DNA from: Octopus bimaculoides
Taxonomy: Eukaryota
Direction of reading: 5' to 3'
Assembly (NCBI RefSeq): GCF_001194135.2
Contig: NC_068990.1
Location: forward strand, 87,091,420 to 87,148,026
Length of the DNA stretch: 56,607 nucleotides
Both the position numbers and the translations under genes were made by a program. The notes below the pieces were generated by a model. That model was not told the origin of the DNA, made no database searches, and saw nothing but the letters and a program-made list of their open reading frames with translations. Positions 1-12,999 of the stretch are shown one piece after another. The first letter of the stretch is position 1; each line of letters starts with the position of its first letter.

Positions 1-21
1 ATATATATATATATATATAAA

Positions 22-100
22 TACAGGAGTGACTGTGCGATAAGAAGTTTGCTTCACAATCACATGGCTCCGGGTTCATGTCTTCTACCGTGCATGGGAC
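22..100 (+). mobile_element. Degenerate 5' fragment of tRNA-derived SINE (family A)
   Basis: acaggagtgactgtgcgataagaagtttgcttcacaatcacatggctccgggttca resembles the head of the better copy at 17387 (aggagtggctgtgtggtaagtagcttgcttaccatccacatggttcttgtttc). Confidence 0.55.
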
Positions 101-641
101 CAAATCTATGAAATTCCTCATGCGTTCTTCTATCATTGAAGCTGAGATAAATATATTTTGCTTTTAAAATAAAAAGAAGTTATTTAGGTTTAAACTTGAT
201 TGGAGGCGTTACTTACTCTCTTATAACGTTACTACAAATTTTGATGTAAACTTTTTTCTACTGGACCAAATCTCAATATTTTTATGTCAAAATGTAGCAA
301 GGGACCAGACCTCTTCAAAAATGTTAACAGTTTTCAATTTGGTTTAGAACTGAAGTAGCGACAAGCTCCGGAAGATGCGACGTGTGAGTAAATTGCGGCT
401 TTAAGAATATTATTCCACTACTACCGTAGGCGAATGGTATTTAAATAGTGAAAGGTTGGATGACTTTGCCCCCAAAGTACCATTCTAAAACGTGTCTCAA
501 TCCTGCTATACAAGAGGTGTGCTTTTATTGGCTGTCAATTTGATTTTCTTGTCTCTGCTGCCACACCTCGGTAATGTGATATCTAAACATATTTACCTTT
601 CAATCTTACTTTAGATATTACAAAAAAACAATATAAATTAG

Positions 642-776
<135 letters not shown>

Positions 777-1012
777 ATTAGTACTGTCCGAGACTGGATA
801 TTTTTATTAGCTTTCCACTTCAGCCTTCAGTAACTACACCGACACTCCCTGGTTAGATAAATATCTAAACATATATTTACTATCCAATCGTATTTTAGTC
901 GGTACAAAGAAATATTATCGGAATCAGTTATATAAATATATGCATATACACATATATACACATACGCAAGCTCACACACAGAGGCAAACAGACACACACA
1001 CATGTTTCTTTT

Positions 1013-1079
<67 letters not shown>
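1013..1079. repeat. (TATC)n microsatellite
   Basis: Tandem TATC read directly. Confidence 0.95.
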
Positions 1080-1269
1080 GCTGCATTTCAACGAAAGCAA
1101 ATGAGATTATTCAATAGAAATGCAAATATGTATATACGTGCACTCTCACACAAACATATGTATGCATATTTATATACATAAATATGTATATATATATCTG
1201 TATATGTATACATACATGTGTGTGTGTGTGTACATGGCCGCAGTCTAATGACTGAAAACAATATGTGTG

Positions 1270-1320
<51 letters not shown>

Positions 1321-1719
1321 NNNNNNNNNNNNNNNNNNNNNNNNNNNNNNNNNNNNNNNNNNNNNNNNNNNNNNNNNNNNNNNNNNNNNNNNNNNNNNNN
1401 NNNNNNNNNNNNNNNNNNNNNNNNNNNNNNNNNNNNNNNNNNNNNNNNNNNNNNNNNNNNNNNNNNNNNNNNNNNNNNNNNNNNNNNNNNNNNNNNNNNN
1501 NNNNNNNNNNNNNNNNNNNNNNNNNNNNNNNNNNNNNNNNNNNNNNNNNNNNNNNNNNNNNNNNNNNNNNNNNNNNNNNNNNNNNNNNNNNNNNNNNNNN
1601 NNNNNNNNNNNNNNNNNNNNNNNNNNNNNNNNNNNNNNNNNNNNNNNNNNNNNNNNNNNNNNNNNNNNNNNNNNNNNNNNNNNNNNNNNNNNNNNNNNNN
1701 NNNNNNNNNNNNNNNNNNN

Positions 1720-1770
<51 letters not shown>

Positions 1771-1851
1771 CCTCTGTGTGTATATAATAAACAAATGCAT
1801 GTATAGGCACATATATACATATATCTATATATATTATATACACACACGTAC

Positions 1852-1882
<31 letters not shown>

Positions 1883-1937
1883 GAAGAGAGGGAGAGAACT
1901 GAGTGACAGAGGGAGAGAATTGATAGAGAGGGAGAGA

Positions 1938-1982
<45 letters not shown>

Positions 1983-2829
1983 CAACAGCTATGCAATTGT
2001 CTACGAAAGAAGTTACTCAATACATGACCGAAAGTATACTATCCATTTAAAATAGATTTATTTTTGCGACACGTTTTCCCCACTAATGTGATTTTCAAGA
2101 CAACTGTTTTTTCCAGCGTTCCATACGCCTATAATATTCATTAGTGATGGGGTTTTTCTATCCTTGCGTGACTCTTTGTTTCATTAGCCGACCTGTATTA
2201 TTTTATTGCGGTGTTGTTGTAGCTTATCATTTGTTAATTCGTTAGTAGTTCCTGTCTCTGTATGTGGATTCATTGATTCCGATATCATATCTGCCTTCAC
2301 CGTAAAGTTACTTATTTTCTCTTCGTATCTTTTTGATCATTATTATGCTGTCGCTTTTCATTAAACATTTCTTTTTGTTTCTCAGTCTCCCGTGGTCTGT
2401 TCCATGATTGAATTCTGTTTCATTGGAATTTAGACATTAGATCAAAGACACTAAGCCCCAGATACACCATCTTTTCGTCCATAGTTAATTTCAGACACTA
2501 ACTTCTTAATATCTTTCCACTTTTTATAGACGCCAGATTGTGACGTAAGAGATATTTGTTGAACTCCTATTTCTAGGAGGCCGACAAATCTCTCTCAAAT
2601 CACGCGAATCTATTTCGCATGTGTCTACTTTCATGTTGTATCTACAGGTGTCTGATATCACTAAAAATGTTTTATTGAGTTGTCAAATTCGTTTTATTTC
2701 TGTATTGACTCTGGAGAGATTCTGTCTGAAGACGCCAAAGCTTTGTTTGTCATATATTTTTAGCTAATATCTTTTCCCATTTGAGCATGACATTTTCGCG
2801 CCTTCATTAGTATTTTAGCGGTTATTAAT

Positions 2830-2921
2830 TGTCGAAAGTTGCGGGTGGGCCCCCTTGTTGTTGCGGGGTGGGGCCCCTTAGTATCCTGGCAACCAATATT
2901 TTTAGACCTAGTCCGCCACTG
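2830..2921 (-). mobile_element. hAT-like non-autonomous element end abutting the mariner fossil
   Basis: - strand begins CAGTGGCGGACTAGGTC followed by GC-rich GGGGCCCC subterminal blocks, a pattern typical of animal hAT-type ends. The partner end was not found. Confidence 0.4.
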
Positions 2922-3160
2922 ATAGTAATCAATAGGATTACAATCGGAGGAATTAGGGCAAAAATTGAGGTTGGGGAAGTTATAGAAATTCTTCGACAAC
3001 CACTTCTGATTCTTTCATGGATTATGGGAAGGAGCCTAATCCTGCTACCACATGTATGGCCTCCCAGCAGCAACTCTCTCCAGCCTGGGTTTTACCACAG
3101 TTTTCAGCAGTTTCACATAACCGTCTGAACTGAGTTTAGACCTAGTTCAAAAATGAACAG
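2922..3160 (-). mobile_element. Tc1/mariner transposase fossil (catalytic DDD region)
   Basis: - strand reads GL(fs)LSSDGYVKLLKTVVKPRLERVAAGRPYMW*QD*APSHNP*KNQKWLSKNFYNFPNLNFCPNSSDCNPIDYY, matching the mariner-like QQDxAPxH...WPPNSPDxNPxDY motifs, with stops and a frameshift. Confidence 0.88.
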
Positions 3161-3295
3161 CAATCAGAACGCCTGCTGTGTTCCTTCCTGGTGGCCACGT
3201 CTTCGTAGTCTCAGTTGCAGTTGTCCATGTCACATTTTACAGTGTTTACAGTATTCAAAGAAAATTGCGTAGCAGTCATGATGTCGCCATTTTAA

Positions 3296-3516
3296 TACAC
3301 GGTACGAATCGCAAATGTTACGTTCCAAAACCCCCCGCGATAGCTGAAGATCCGCGAAGTAGAAACAGTACTGTACTGGATATATTTCTTTTTTACTATT
3401 TTTATAATTCGTATATATTTATTTTATCATAAATGCAAAACAACACCACAGAGGAATCGACATAACCTTAAATAATAAACCGTGATAGGCGAACCGCGAT
3501 ATGAGGGATCACTATA
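3296..3516. mobile_element. pogo/Tigger-like MITE
   Basis: Right end gaaccgcgatatgagggatcactata and left subterminal acgttccaaaaccccccgcgatagctgaagatccgcgaagtag resemble Tigger-type MITE ends with a TA flank; the left TIR is degraded. Confidence 0.55.
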
Positions 3517-4494
3517 ACTCTTTTCCAATATTCAGATGGCTTCCAGTTCGCCATGCAAACTAATTTTTTCTCAGCTACAACTTTAATCTTCCTGCCTTCC
3601 AATGCAGTTCATCAATACATCTAACTTTTTCTGAAAAAAAATGGCGACATAAAGAAGTCGCCAAATTTAGGCCGAACACCCAGTAAATGTATGTCTATAC
3701 TGAGTGACATCTTTTAGCACGTGAGCACTGGAAAATGCGATTCATATCTTACTTTTCTTTTATTTAATGCAGGGAATATTAACTAGAAATAATCGTTCGA
3801 TGAAAAAAATAATTTATGACTAAATATAATTTGATTTCTTGCGGCAAATACTTAGGAGATCTTTTCTTTCTATTATACCCTATCAGCTAAATATGTTCTT
3901 CAGTGTAGCTGATGAAAGAGTAATAAATGAATGACAATGCAAACGTATAAGAATGTACAGTTGTTGCTGGCGTAGAAAAATAGAATTTTTAATAATAGTT
4001 TGCTTGCTTTTCCGATTTGATTTTTGGCTTTTTTCTTACCACTGAAATTTGCATTAGTAAATATTTCCAACCTTATTAATGTAAAATTTTAACGCAGGCA
4101 AATAAACAGAACGAAATCGGAGAAAAATATTTGAATTAAAATTTTCGGTCCTCTTTCCTAAAATGCATATCGATTATTTTTAAATGGGAGATATTATGCG
4201 CGGTACAGCTGCATTATAGCATGGTATGGGCGTGATATCTCAGTAGAGGATCTTTGCTAGATAAATTGAATGCTGAGAGCAAAAACAGCAATAATCAGTC
4301 CTTTTAATAATGGCAATTCAATTTCAGTGAATGTTATTTAGCATAAAATATCTCTATATATGTTAAAGTACATCTCTTTCACTTTGTCATTCTATCTGCC
4401 TCGCTATCTGTTTCCCTATGAATTTACATATCTACCTATTTGTATAGCAATACAGCTATTGATCTATCCGTTTAACAGTCTACCCTCCCTGCTT

Positions 4495-4540
<46 letters not shown>

Positions 4541-4751
4541 GAAAAGAGCATAACAAACAGTTATGCAGGCAAAAGTGTTAGTAAATGTGGTCGGATTGAC
4601 CTGAAAATTTGCACACCTATGTTGAAAGTGCTGGGGAGTTTGCATGGCAACTTTGAGTTGGCTCAATTGAAAGGCGTGGCCTTTAAGGCAAAATTCCTCA
4701 TCTTTAAAATGTGGCCGAGTAGACCCGAATNNNNNNNNNNTATATATGTAT

Positions 4752-5304
4752 GTATGTATATATATATATTTAAGGATATTACTGTTTACAATAATATCAG
4801 TGGCTTAGCGTGTGTAAAAATGTCGTAAAGGTCTAAATTATTAATTAATAATGAAGGGCACTACAGGTAGTACCAGCATGCTAAAATAGCAGTCAAAACC
4901 ACTCAAAACCACAAGTTTTCACTTTTACATAAAGGTGAAGTCGGGGTAACGGGCAAGATCTCACTAAGAGCTCGTACCTATGACGAAAAGAATCGAAAAT
5001 TGAAACGTCAGACATACCAGTATCACAGTAATTTCGAACTCTGTGAGAATTATAACTTAGTATCTCTTCAGCGAGTCTAACTAACCCAGGATCATAGAGC
5101 TTGCCCATCTTATCTAGTGTGTGCGTTGACCGTTTTTAATGCCGCAGCAAATTTTAAAAGGTAATCGAAGTGAATAAAAAATTATATAAATATATATATA
5201 AGGACATTACTGTTTACAATAATATCAGTGGCTTAGTACACGTAAAAAAACTCCATAAATCTTAAGATTATTAATCAATAATGAAGGGTACAACCTGTAG
5301 TACC
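4752..5304. repeat. Diverged direct repeat pair (about 4752-4874 and 5187-5304)
   Basis: Both copies read aagga(t/c)attactgtttacaataatatcagtggcttag...attattaat(t/c)aataatgaaggg...tagtacc, each preceded by a TA run. Confidence 0.85.
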
Positions 5305-5877
5305 TCTCATTATTAACATACACACACACACATATATATTNNNNNNNNNNNNNNNNNNNNNNNNNNNNNNNNNNNNNNNNNNNNNNNNNNNNNNNNNNNN
5401 NNNNNNNNNNNNNNNNNNNNNNNNNNNNNNNNNNNNNNNNNNNNNNNNNNNNNNNNNNNNNNNNNNNNNNNNNNNNNNNNNNNNNNNNNNNNNNNNNNNN
5501 NNNNNNNNNNNNNNNNNNNNNNNNNNNNNNNNNNNNNNNNNNNNNNNNNNNNNNNNNNNNNNNNNNNNNNNNNNNNNNNNNNNNNNNNNNNNNNNNNNNN
5601 NNNNNNNNNNNNNNNNNNNNNNNNNNNNNNNNNNNNNNNNNNNNNNNNNNNNNNNNNNNNNNNNNNNNNNNNNNNNNNNNNNNNNNNNNNNNNNNNNNNN
5701 NNNNNNNNNNNNNNNNNNNNNNNNNNNNNNNNNNNNNNNNNNNNNNNNNNNNNNNNNNNNNNNNNNNNNNNNNNNNNNNNNNNNNNNNNNNNNNNNNNNN
5801 NNNNNNNNNNNNNNNNNNNNNNNNNNNNNNNNNNNNNNNNNNNNNNNNNNNNNNNNNNNNNNNNNNNNNNNNNNNNN

Positions 5878-5922
<45 letters not shown>

Positions 5923-6464
5923 TGGAATTTATCGATGTTCATTCATTTTAATAGTGGTTTTGAAAAAAGGAAAACAGTTCCTTGTAATAATCGATCAAAT
6001 AAAATTGTTCTTGAAGTCAGTCAAGCGGAAATGTTCGTTCCATCCCAGGAGTCCTTGTCACAAAACAACTGTTACAATTGTTGTTTCAATTAATGTAGTG
6101 ATATTGAAAGTACTTATATTTTAATTATACTTCATTATTCTATCAGAATGAGATTTTTCAACGTTCGTCTTGTTTTTCTTCTTCTTCTTTTTTCTTCTTC
6201 TTCTTCATCCTCATCAACGTCAGCATTATTTCTTGTTCCATCTTTTAATTCACATTCTTTTGTCACATTTCCCATTTTCACCTGCAAACGCTATACACAT
6301 ACACACACCCACATATTACATACTATATATATATATATATATACATATATAGTATGAATAAAATAAAATAAAATATGGAATGTGTAATAAAAACACGTGA
6401 TCGAATCTGTGCCGGTGTTTTACTGATCATCCATTTATGCATTTTGTACAATTTCTCCATTGTA

Positions 6465-6502
<38 letters not shown>

Positions 6503-6932
6503 CGTATGTATGTATGTATGTATGTAAGTATGTATGTATGTATGTATGTATGTATGTATGTATGTATACGAGAAAAAAGAGATTACAAAGGCATAACAGA
6601 TCACCTTATGAACTTCATATAATTCTGTTGGTTTTTTATTTCATACTCTCTAAGATTTTGTGTGTTCATACGCACACATATGTGTGTATGTATGTATGTG
6701 CACACAAAATCTTGGTGGGCATGAAATGAAGTATCAGCTGAACTATTTTCGATTCTTTGTTGGCATTACATATCTGCAAATCAGTACTTTGACTGTCCAC
6801 AGAGACACCGCTTGTAAATTCTCTACTAATCATAGTGTGTTAATAAATAATGATTCCATAAATATGGCTGTGCATGTGTGTGTGCCGGTACGTTTATGTT
6901 TGTTTTATATTCACATTCTAACATGAAGTGAA

Positions 6933-7242
6933 GGCGCGTGGCTTAGTGGTTAGGGCATTCGGCTCACGATCGTGAGTTCAATTCCCGGCGACGCGTTGTG
7001 TCCCTGAGCAAGACACTTTATTTCACGTTGCCCCAGTCCACTCAGCTGGCAAAAATGAGTAGTACCTGTATTTCAAAGGGCCGGCCTTGTCACACACTGT
7101 GTCACGCTGAATCTCCCTGAGAACTACGTTAAGGGTACACGTGTCTGTGGAGTGCTCAGCCACTTGCACGTTAATTTCATGAGCAGGCTGTTCCGTTGAT
7201 CGTATCGGCTGGGACTCTCGTCGTCGTAACCGACGAAGTGCT
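6933..7242 (+). mobile_element. Full-length tRNA-derived SINE (family B) with target-site duplication
   Basis: tRNA-like head GGCGCGTGGCTTAGTGGTTAGG...GAGTTCAATTCCC (A/B boxes), central gtgtccctgagcaagacacttta motif, tail shared with 35555-35736. Direct repeat TTCTAACATGA at 6916-6926 and 7247-7257. Confidence 0.9.
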
Positions 7243-7265
7243 CGTTTTCTAACATGATCATTCAG

Positions 7266-7314
7266 TGCCTCAGAGTACAATGTTTGCTTGGTGGGGAAAT
7301 TGGGACGTCTTCCA
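7266..7314 (+). CDS. Candidate internal exon, gene 1 (phase 1 to 2; xPQSTMFAWWGNWDVFx)
   Basis: Acceptor ttttctaacatgatcattcag and strong donor CCA|GTAAGA; phase-compatible with 8191-8334. All three frames are open, so the frame is inferred. Confidence 0.4.
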
Positions 7315-7508
7315 GTAAGATATGATAATATTTCGGTCAGTCAACAACTACGTTACGGTCTTAATTCTTGTTTGTTGCCTATTGACTTACATCACTAATT
7401 GTAACGCTTGACAACAAAATCCATGGAGAGCAAAATGACTAATTTCCTTACCAAAAAATCTTGTGCCTTTGTCTATAAAGCAAATACTAATGTTCCTTTC
7501 TACTATAG

Positions 7509-7575
7509 CAGCGGTTTTCAACCTGTGATCCGGGGGTCCCAGGTGGTCCTCAAAGGTAGTACTAGAGTTCCGTGA
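7509..7575 (+). mobile_element. hAT-Charlie-like terminal remnant
   Basis: CAGCGGTTTTCAACCTG...GGGGGTCCC...GGTCC resembles Charlie-type TIR and subterminal sequence; no second end seen. Confidence 0.45.
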
Positions 7576-7597
7576 ACTAAATTCAAAATTTCATATA

Positions 7598-7664
<67 letters not shown>

Positions 7665-8190
7665 ATAAACCTTGGTATTCAGAATTAGCCCAGATTATAC
7701 AGGGAATGGAAGCTGGATAAACACCAAGAATAACGAGAGAATGACGAGTGTCTTTGCTTTCACTCGCACGATGTGTTAGAATTATCAGTAAAATCTGAAC
7801 ACATTCTACCATTTTAATAATAAACTGCTATATATTATTTCGATGCTTGGCGAGATAGTCACAGCTGGGACACAATCATAAGTTTTGCAATGTCAGAAGA
7901 GTCCGGCAGTTAAGCAACACAACAACACAATACCTGTTCTCCCACCTTTCTGCGCCTTTCTGCACCTTTTGCATGCACAAAATCAATACCTATATGTGCA
8001 TTGTTTGAATTTTTTGAGAGACGCTTGATATTCCTGTCCGGTCAATAAATTACAAAAAGAAAAAAAGAAAACACTGTTCTCCTCTCCTTCTCGACATTCT
8101 ACTTATATTTTATGCATCAAACAACAATTTGGAAATAATTTCATGTCATTTATTATTTCATGGATGTCTTCTACGCATCTCATTTAACAG

Positions 8191-8334
8191 ATTCCCAAGC
8201 TTGATTGAATCAAAAATTTTATTGAATATAAATTTGCCTGGAGGATACAATTTCATCGAAATGGATAATTACTATAGGGACCGAAAACAAAACGGAAAAC
8301 CTAACCTCTTGCAAGTCGCATTGCTCAACGCTAC
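8191..8334 (+). CDS. Candidate internal exon, gene 1 (144 nt, phase 2 to 2; FPSLIESKILLNINLPGGYNFIEMDNYYRDRKQNGKPNLLQVALLNAT)
   Basis: Acceptor ctacgcatctcatttaacag, donor AC|GTAATG just ahead of an in-frame stop, length divisible by 3, open frame, non-repetitive sequence. Confidence 0.5.
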
Positions 8335-8416
8335 GTAATGCACTTAACGTGATTTCACAATTTATATAACTGTGTATGTATGTATGTACATGTATGTATG
8401 TTTATATATACACGGA

Positions 8417-8533
<117 letters not shown>

Positions 8534-8648
8534 GCTTGGAGCAGAACCTGTGTAGTACAAATTTAGATCATATAAGCGAGATCTTTACTAAAAATGGACA
8601 ACGACTCAACAGATAATCGCTGCTATGACTTTGTGCCTGTGTGAATTA

Positions 8649-8692
<44 letters not shown>

Positions 8693-8795
8693 TACAAATG
8701 CGTGCACTCACGTGTATTTATATCATAATAGAGAGAGATATATATATTATATATCCCTACACACACACACACGCGCATACATCTATATATATATG

Positions 8796-8832
<37 letters not shown>

Positions 8833-8949
8833 TATATAGAGAGAATTAGAGAGTGAGATAGATTTATTGAAGCTCAAAAACCTTTTACAACACATTACTC
8901 AAAGTTTTAGGCATTCGATCTTAAAACAGTTTCCGCAGGTTCATTCACA

Positions 8950-9068
8950 AATCAACGGTCTGCTCGGAGCTATTGTAGAAGACACTTGCGCTAGGTGCCT
9001 CGAAGTGAGATTGACCCTGATACCACATGGTTGCAAACTGAGCGTTTTAACCACAGAGCCATGCCTGG
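8950..9068 (-). mobile_element. Old family A SINE head
   Basis: Reverse complement ggcatggctctgtggttaaaacgctcagtttgcaaccacatgg...gcaagtgtcttctacaatagc matches the family A head. Confidence 0.7.
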
Positions 9069-9419
9069 ATATGTCGAAATTACAATTAATGTATTTTGTG
9101 ATTAGAAATGGTCCAGGTATTTTCGATTGATATAAAGTTTATTTGTGTAACAGTAGGTAATGAGCTGTAACAAAATCTCATGATGTTCATGATGTATAAG
9201 CTTTGATATTTATGGAGGGAGGTGGACTTATTTATTTGGCAACTACAAATAAGAATCCGTCTTGACACGCACACACAATTGTATATATATATGTGTGTGT
9301 GTGCTTGCGTGTATCTGCGTCAGAATCTATGTACATAGATGTATATATATATATATATATATATCTGTATGCAGACATAGATGGATACATACATATATAT
9401 ACATACATATATAAAGATA

Positions 9420-9455
<36 letters not shown>

Positions 9456-9669
9456 TATGTGTATGTGCATGTATATGTGTATGTTTGTATGTGCGTATCT
9501 GTGAATTTAGTCGCGCGTTACGTCAATATTTTTATATATCTCTGGCAAAGTCATCTAAAATTCGCTCTTTTGATGCCAGCTTCGTTCAAAATGGACGCCT
9601 TCTATGTATGTGTAGAGATACATAAGCAGAAGTTAATAGTCCATCAATTTAAATTACTTGCATCTCTCT

Positions 9670-9719
<50 letters not shown>

Positions 9720-9893
9720 NNNNNNNNNNNNNNNNNNNNNNNNNNNNNNNNNNNNNNNNNNNNNNNNNNNNNNNNNNNNNNNNNNNNNNNNNNNNNNNNN
9801 NNNNNNNNNNNNNNNNNNNNNNNNNNNNNNNNNNNNNNNNNNNNNNNNNNNNNNNNNNNNNNNNNNNNNNNNNNNNNNNNNNNNNNNNNNNNN

Positions 9894-9946
<53 letters not shown>

Positions 9947-10116
9947 TATATACATACATACTTACATGCATACATACATACATAATACATACATAATACA
10001 TATATATACCTATATATATATATATATAAGCATACTCACGTATACACATATAAATATACGTATACGTGTCTGAATCTATCAGTATCTATATACCTATCTT
10101 TCTATCTATATACATA

Positions 10117-10247
<131 letters not shown>

Positions 10248-10622
10248 TAACACTTAGTCCTCCATAAACGACAAAACAGAGCTTACGTCAATAACGATGT
10301 TAATAAATTTCAAGCTAATATACATATGTATTTTTTCGTATTCGTTTTTTTTTTTTTTTCACATTTTGATTCAAAGCGTATTAAAAGCTATGTGTTTCAC
10401 TGTGCATTAACCGACATTAATCGAAGTATTCGCAGACATTTTCGAATGTATTTTTACCTCTGAAGATGATTGTGGCTACACAAAGGAACAGGTCACCGTT
10501 TGAAAGTTCGTAAATTTAAATATACAAAAACCACACACACGTACACATAAATGCACGTACATATACACAGACTGACAGACAAGCAGACAGACAGATATAT
10601 AGATAGACAAATAGATGGCTTA

Positions 10623-10853
10623 AGGTGGCGAGCTGGCAGAAACGTTAGCACGCCGGGCGAAATGCTTAGCAGTATTTCGTCTGCCGCTACGTTCTGAGTT
10701 CAAATTCCGCCGAGATCGACATTGCCTTTCATCCTTTCGGGGTCGATTAAATAAGTACCAGTTACGCACTCCGGTCGATATAATTGACTTAATCCGTTTG
10801 TCTGTCCCTGTTTGTCCCCTCTGTGTGTAGCCCCTTGTGGGCAGTAAAGAAAT

Positions 10854-10856
<3 letters not shown>
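10623..10856 (+). mobile_element. Full-length SINE (family C)
   Basis: GGTGGCGAGCTGGCAGAAACGTTAGCACG...GAGTTCAAATTCC...GGGGTCGAT..AATAAGTACCAG; six or more related copies in the window; ends in (GATA)n. Confidence 0.9.
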
Positions 10857-10886
<30 letters not shown>

Positions 10887-11522
10887 GCATACATACACGC
10901 TTACATTCTTACATACATAGACACATGATAACCGATATATACACATACACATATATAAGATGTATTAACGGCTAAGAATTTCTCTAACTCTCACTCGTTT
11001 CCTATGCTTCTGACTTTTGGTGATCGTCCATTGAATGGCACAGTGAAAATCAGAATAACAGTTTAATGTCTCAAATTCGATTAGTCACTATTTTCTGCTC
11101 TCTGTCTTGTTTGTGTTGCATTTGTACTGCAGCACATACGCGTGTTCATGCATGTGAATGTATGTGTGTGTGTGTGTGTGTGTTCCTGGCTTTAAGGGTT
11201 TCGCAAAGCGCTTTGTTGGAGACCCAACCTCCCGAGTTCTTTTACAGAGTGTAGAAAAGATGAAGGACGCTATAAAAAAAATATGTGAATCTGAGAGGGG
11301 AATTTGTTGAATAGAATAATAATTAACTGATTCACCTGCATTTTCTTTTACCCAAAGCCCGGAACCTTTGCGCGTCTCCTTCGTACATACACATCCATCA
11401 GGCGACCACACTTGCCCATGTTCCCATGGTCCTCTCAACACATACTACTCACACATTAGCTATTAGTTTATTGTTGTTTATATTTCAGTTGCCTTCTTTT
11501 CGTTTCTTTCTTTCACATACAG

Positions 11523-11618
11523 ATAAATCATTGCACCGATTTCCCGTTGAGACATTCTTCATTTCCAGTGATCAAACAGCTCTCTTAGATGAACGTACAT
11601 TGTATCACCTTCGCTCAT
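11523..11618 (+). CDS. Candidate internal exon, gene 1 (96 nt, phase 1 to 1; DKSLHRFPVETFFISSDQTALLDERTLYHLRS)
   Basis: Strong acceptor tttcgtttctttctttcacatacag; donor CAT|GTGCGT is moderate; open frame. Confidence 0.4.
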
Positions 11619-12120
11619 GTGCGTGTAACTACCATATAAATTTATAAAGAAGGTGATACCTGTATGTGCGTGTTAGCGTGCGTATTGTGATGGAATTTCG
11701 TTTCCTATTATGTAAGGATTCTTAGAATTAACTGTAAACAAGGAGTTATTTGCACAAAGTAAATTTAAGCAATTATTGTAATGTATGCTGCTGGTGTCAT
11801 CTTTAACCAGTGTTTTGAATAAATTGTAAATTGACTTTCATTAAATTTCTAAGTTTTCATAAGCATCTTATTATGAAGTTATAACTTTTATAATAACATT
11901 TGTTATAGGCTAACATTCGTGACATTATCAAGATTTAATTTTGATCCGATGTATTTAGTTGATTGTGTAAGGCTGCCATTGAGTACATTTCACAGGTTTC
12001 AAAGATTTTACTCTTTTATTCAATTAATGCCGGTTCCTTTCTTTTTATGGTTGACGTATATACATACATACACCCATGCATACATACATACATATATACA
12101 TATATATACATACATACATG

Positions 12121-12170
<50 letters not shown>

Positions 12171-12447
12171 NNNNNNNNNNNNNNNNNNNNNNNNNNNNNN
12201 NNNNNNNNNNNNNNNNNNNNNNNNNNNNNNNNNNNNNNNNNNNNNNNNNNNNNNNNNNNNNNNNNNNNNNNNNNNNNNNNNNNNNNNNNNNNNNNNNNNN
12301 NNNNNNNNNNNNNNNNNNNNNNNNNNNNNNNNNNNNNNNNNNNNNNNNNNNNNNNNNNNNNNNNNNNNNNNNNNNNNNNNNNNNNNNNNNNNNNNNNNNN
12401 NNNNNNNNNNNNNNNNNNNNNNNNNNNNNNNNNNNNNNNNNNNNNNN

Positions 12448-12572
<125 letters not shown>

Positions 12573-12967
12573 CCATCTGACATGGAAAAGGAGTGATTGG
12601 GAGAAATGGTGATCTTGCTATGAATACAAATGGTGACTGGTAATTCACTTCGTCTCGGGTTCGATTCAAGTATATGATGTTGATAAGCCACAAAATTGGT
12701 GAAATATCGATATCTATCACTCCTGAATGGATCTGGGGCGAGTTGTCTTCATCTCCAACATTGTAGAGGTTGTAGAAGAACAAAGAATACTGCGCTGTTT
12801 ACTTTGACAAGATTTCTCATACTCGTGGTACATAATAGCATTCATAACCATATCGTTGACAGAGGAGAACCGTCTGCTGCTACTACCCGAAATGCCAGAT
12901 CACGTGATTGCTTTTTGATTTTTATACTGCTTCTGTCGCTATTAATTACACACACATACACATATAC

Positions 12968-12999
<32 letters not shown>

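Noticed and set aside
6140-6283. - strand acidic/basic frame VKMGNVTKECELKDGTRNNADVDEDEEEEKRRRRK…
   Set aside because: Largely driven by a (CTT)n repeat, and the acceptor lacks a pyrimidine tract.
6933-7000. tRNA genes at the SINE heads (also 17387 and 35358)
   Set aside because: No complete cloverleaf or acceptor stem; each continues into a SINE core and tail.
7683-7772. Possible exon ISPDYTGNGSWINTKNNERMTSVFAFTRT
   Set aside because: Poor acceptor tract and weak donor (GTGTTA); 7314 can join 8191 in frame without it.
9586-9611. 26-nt micro-exon (FVQNGRLL) that would bridge phases between 8334 and 11523
   Set aside because: The donor lies in TATG-like repeat sequence, and the exon was chosen only because it fixes phase; not independently supported.
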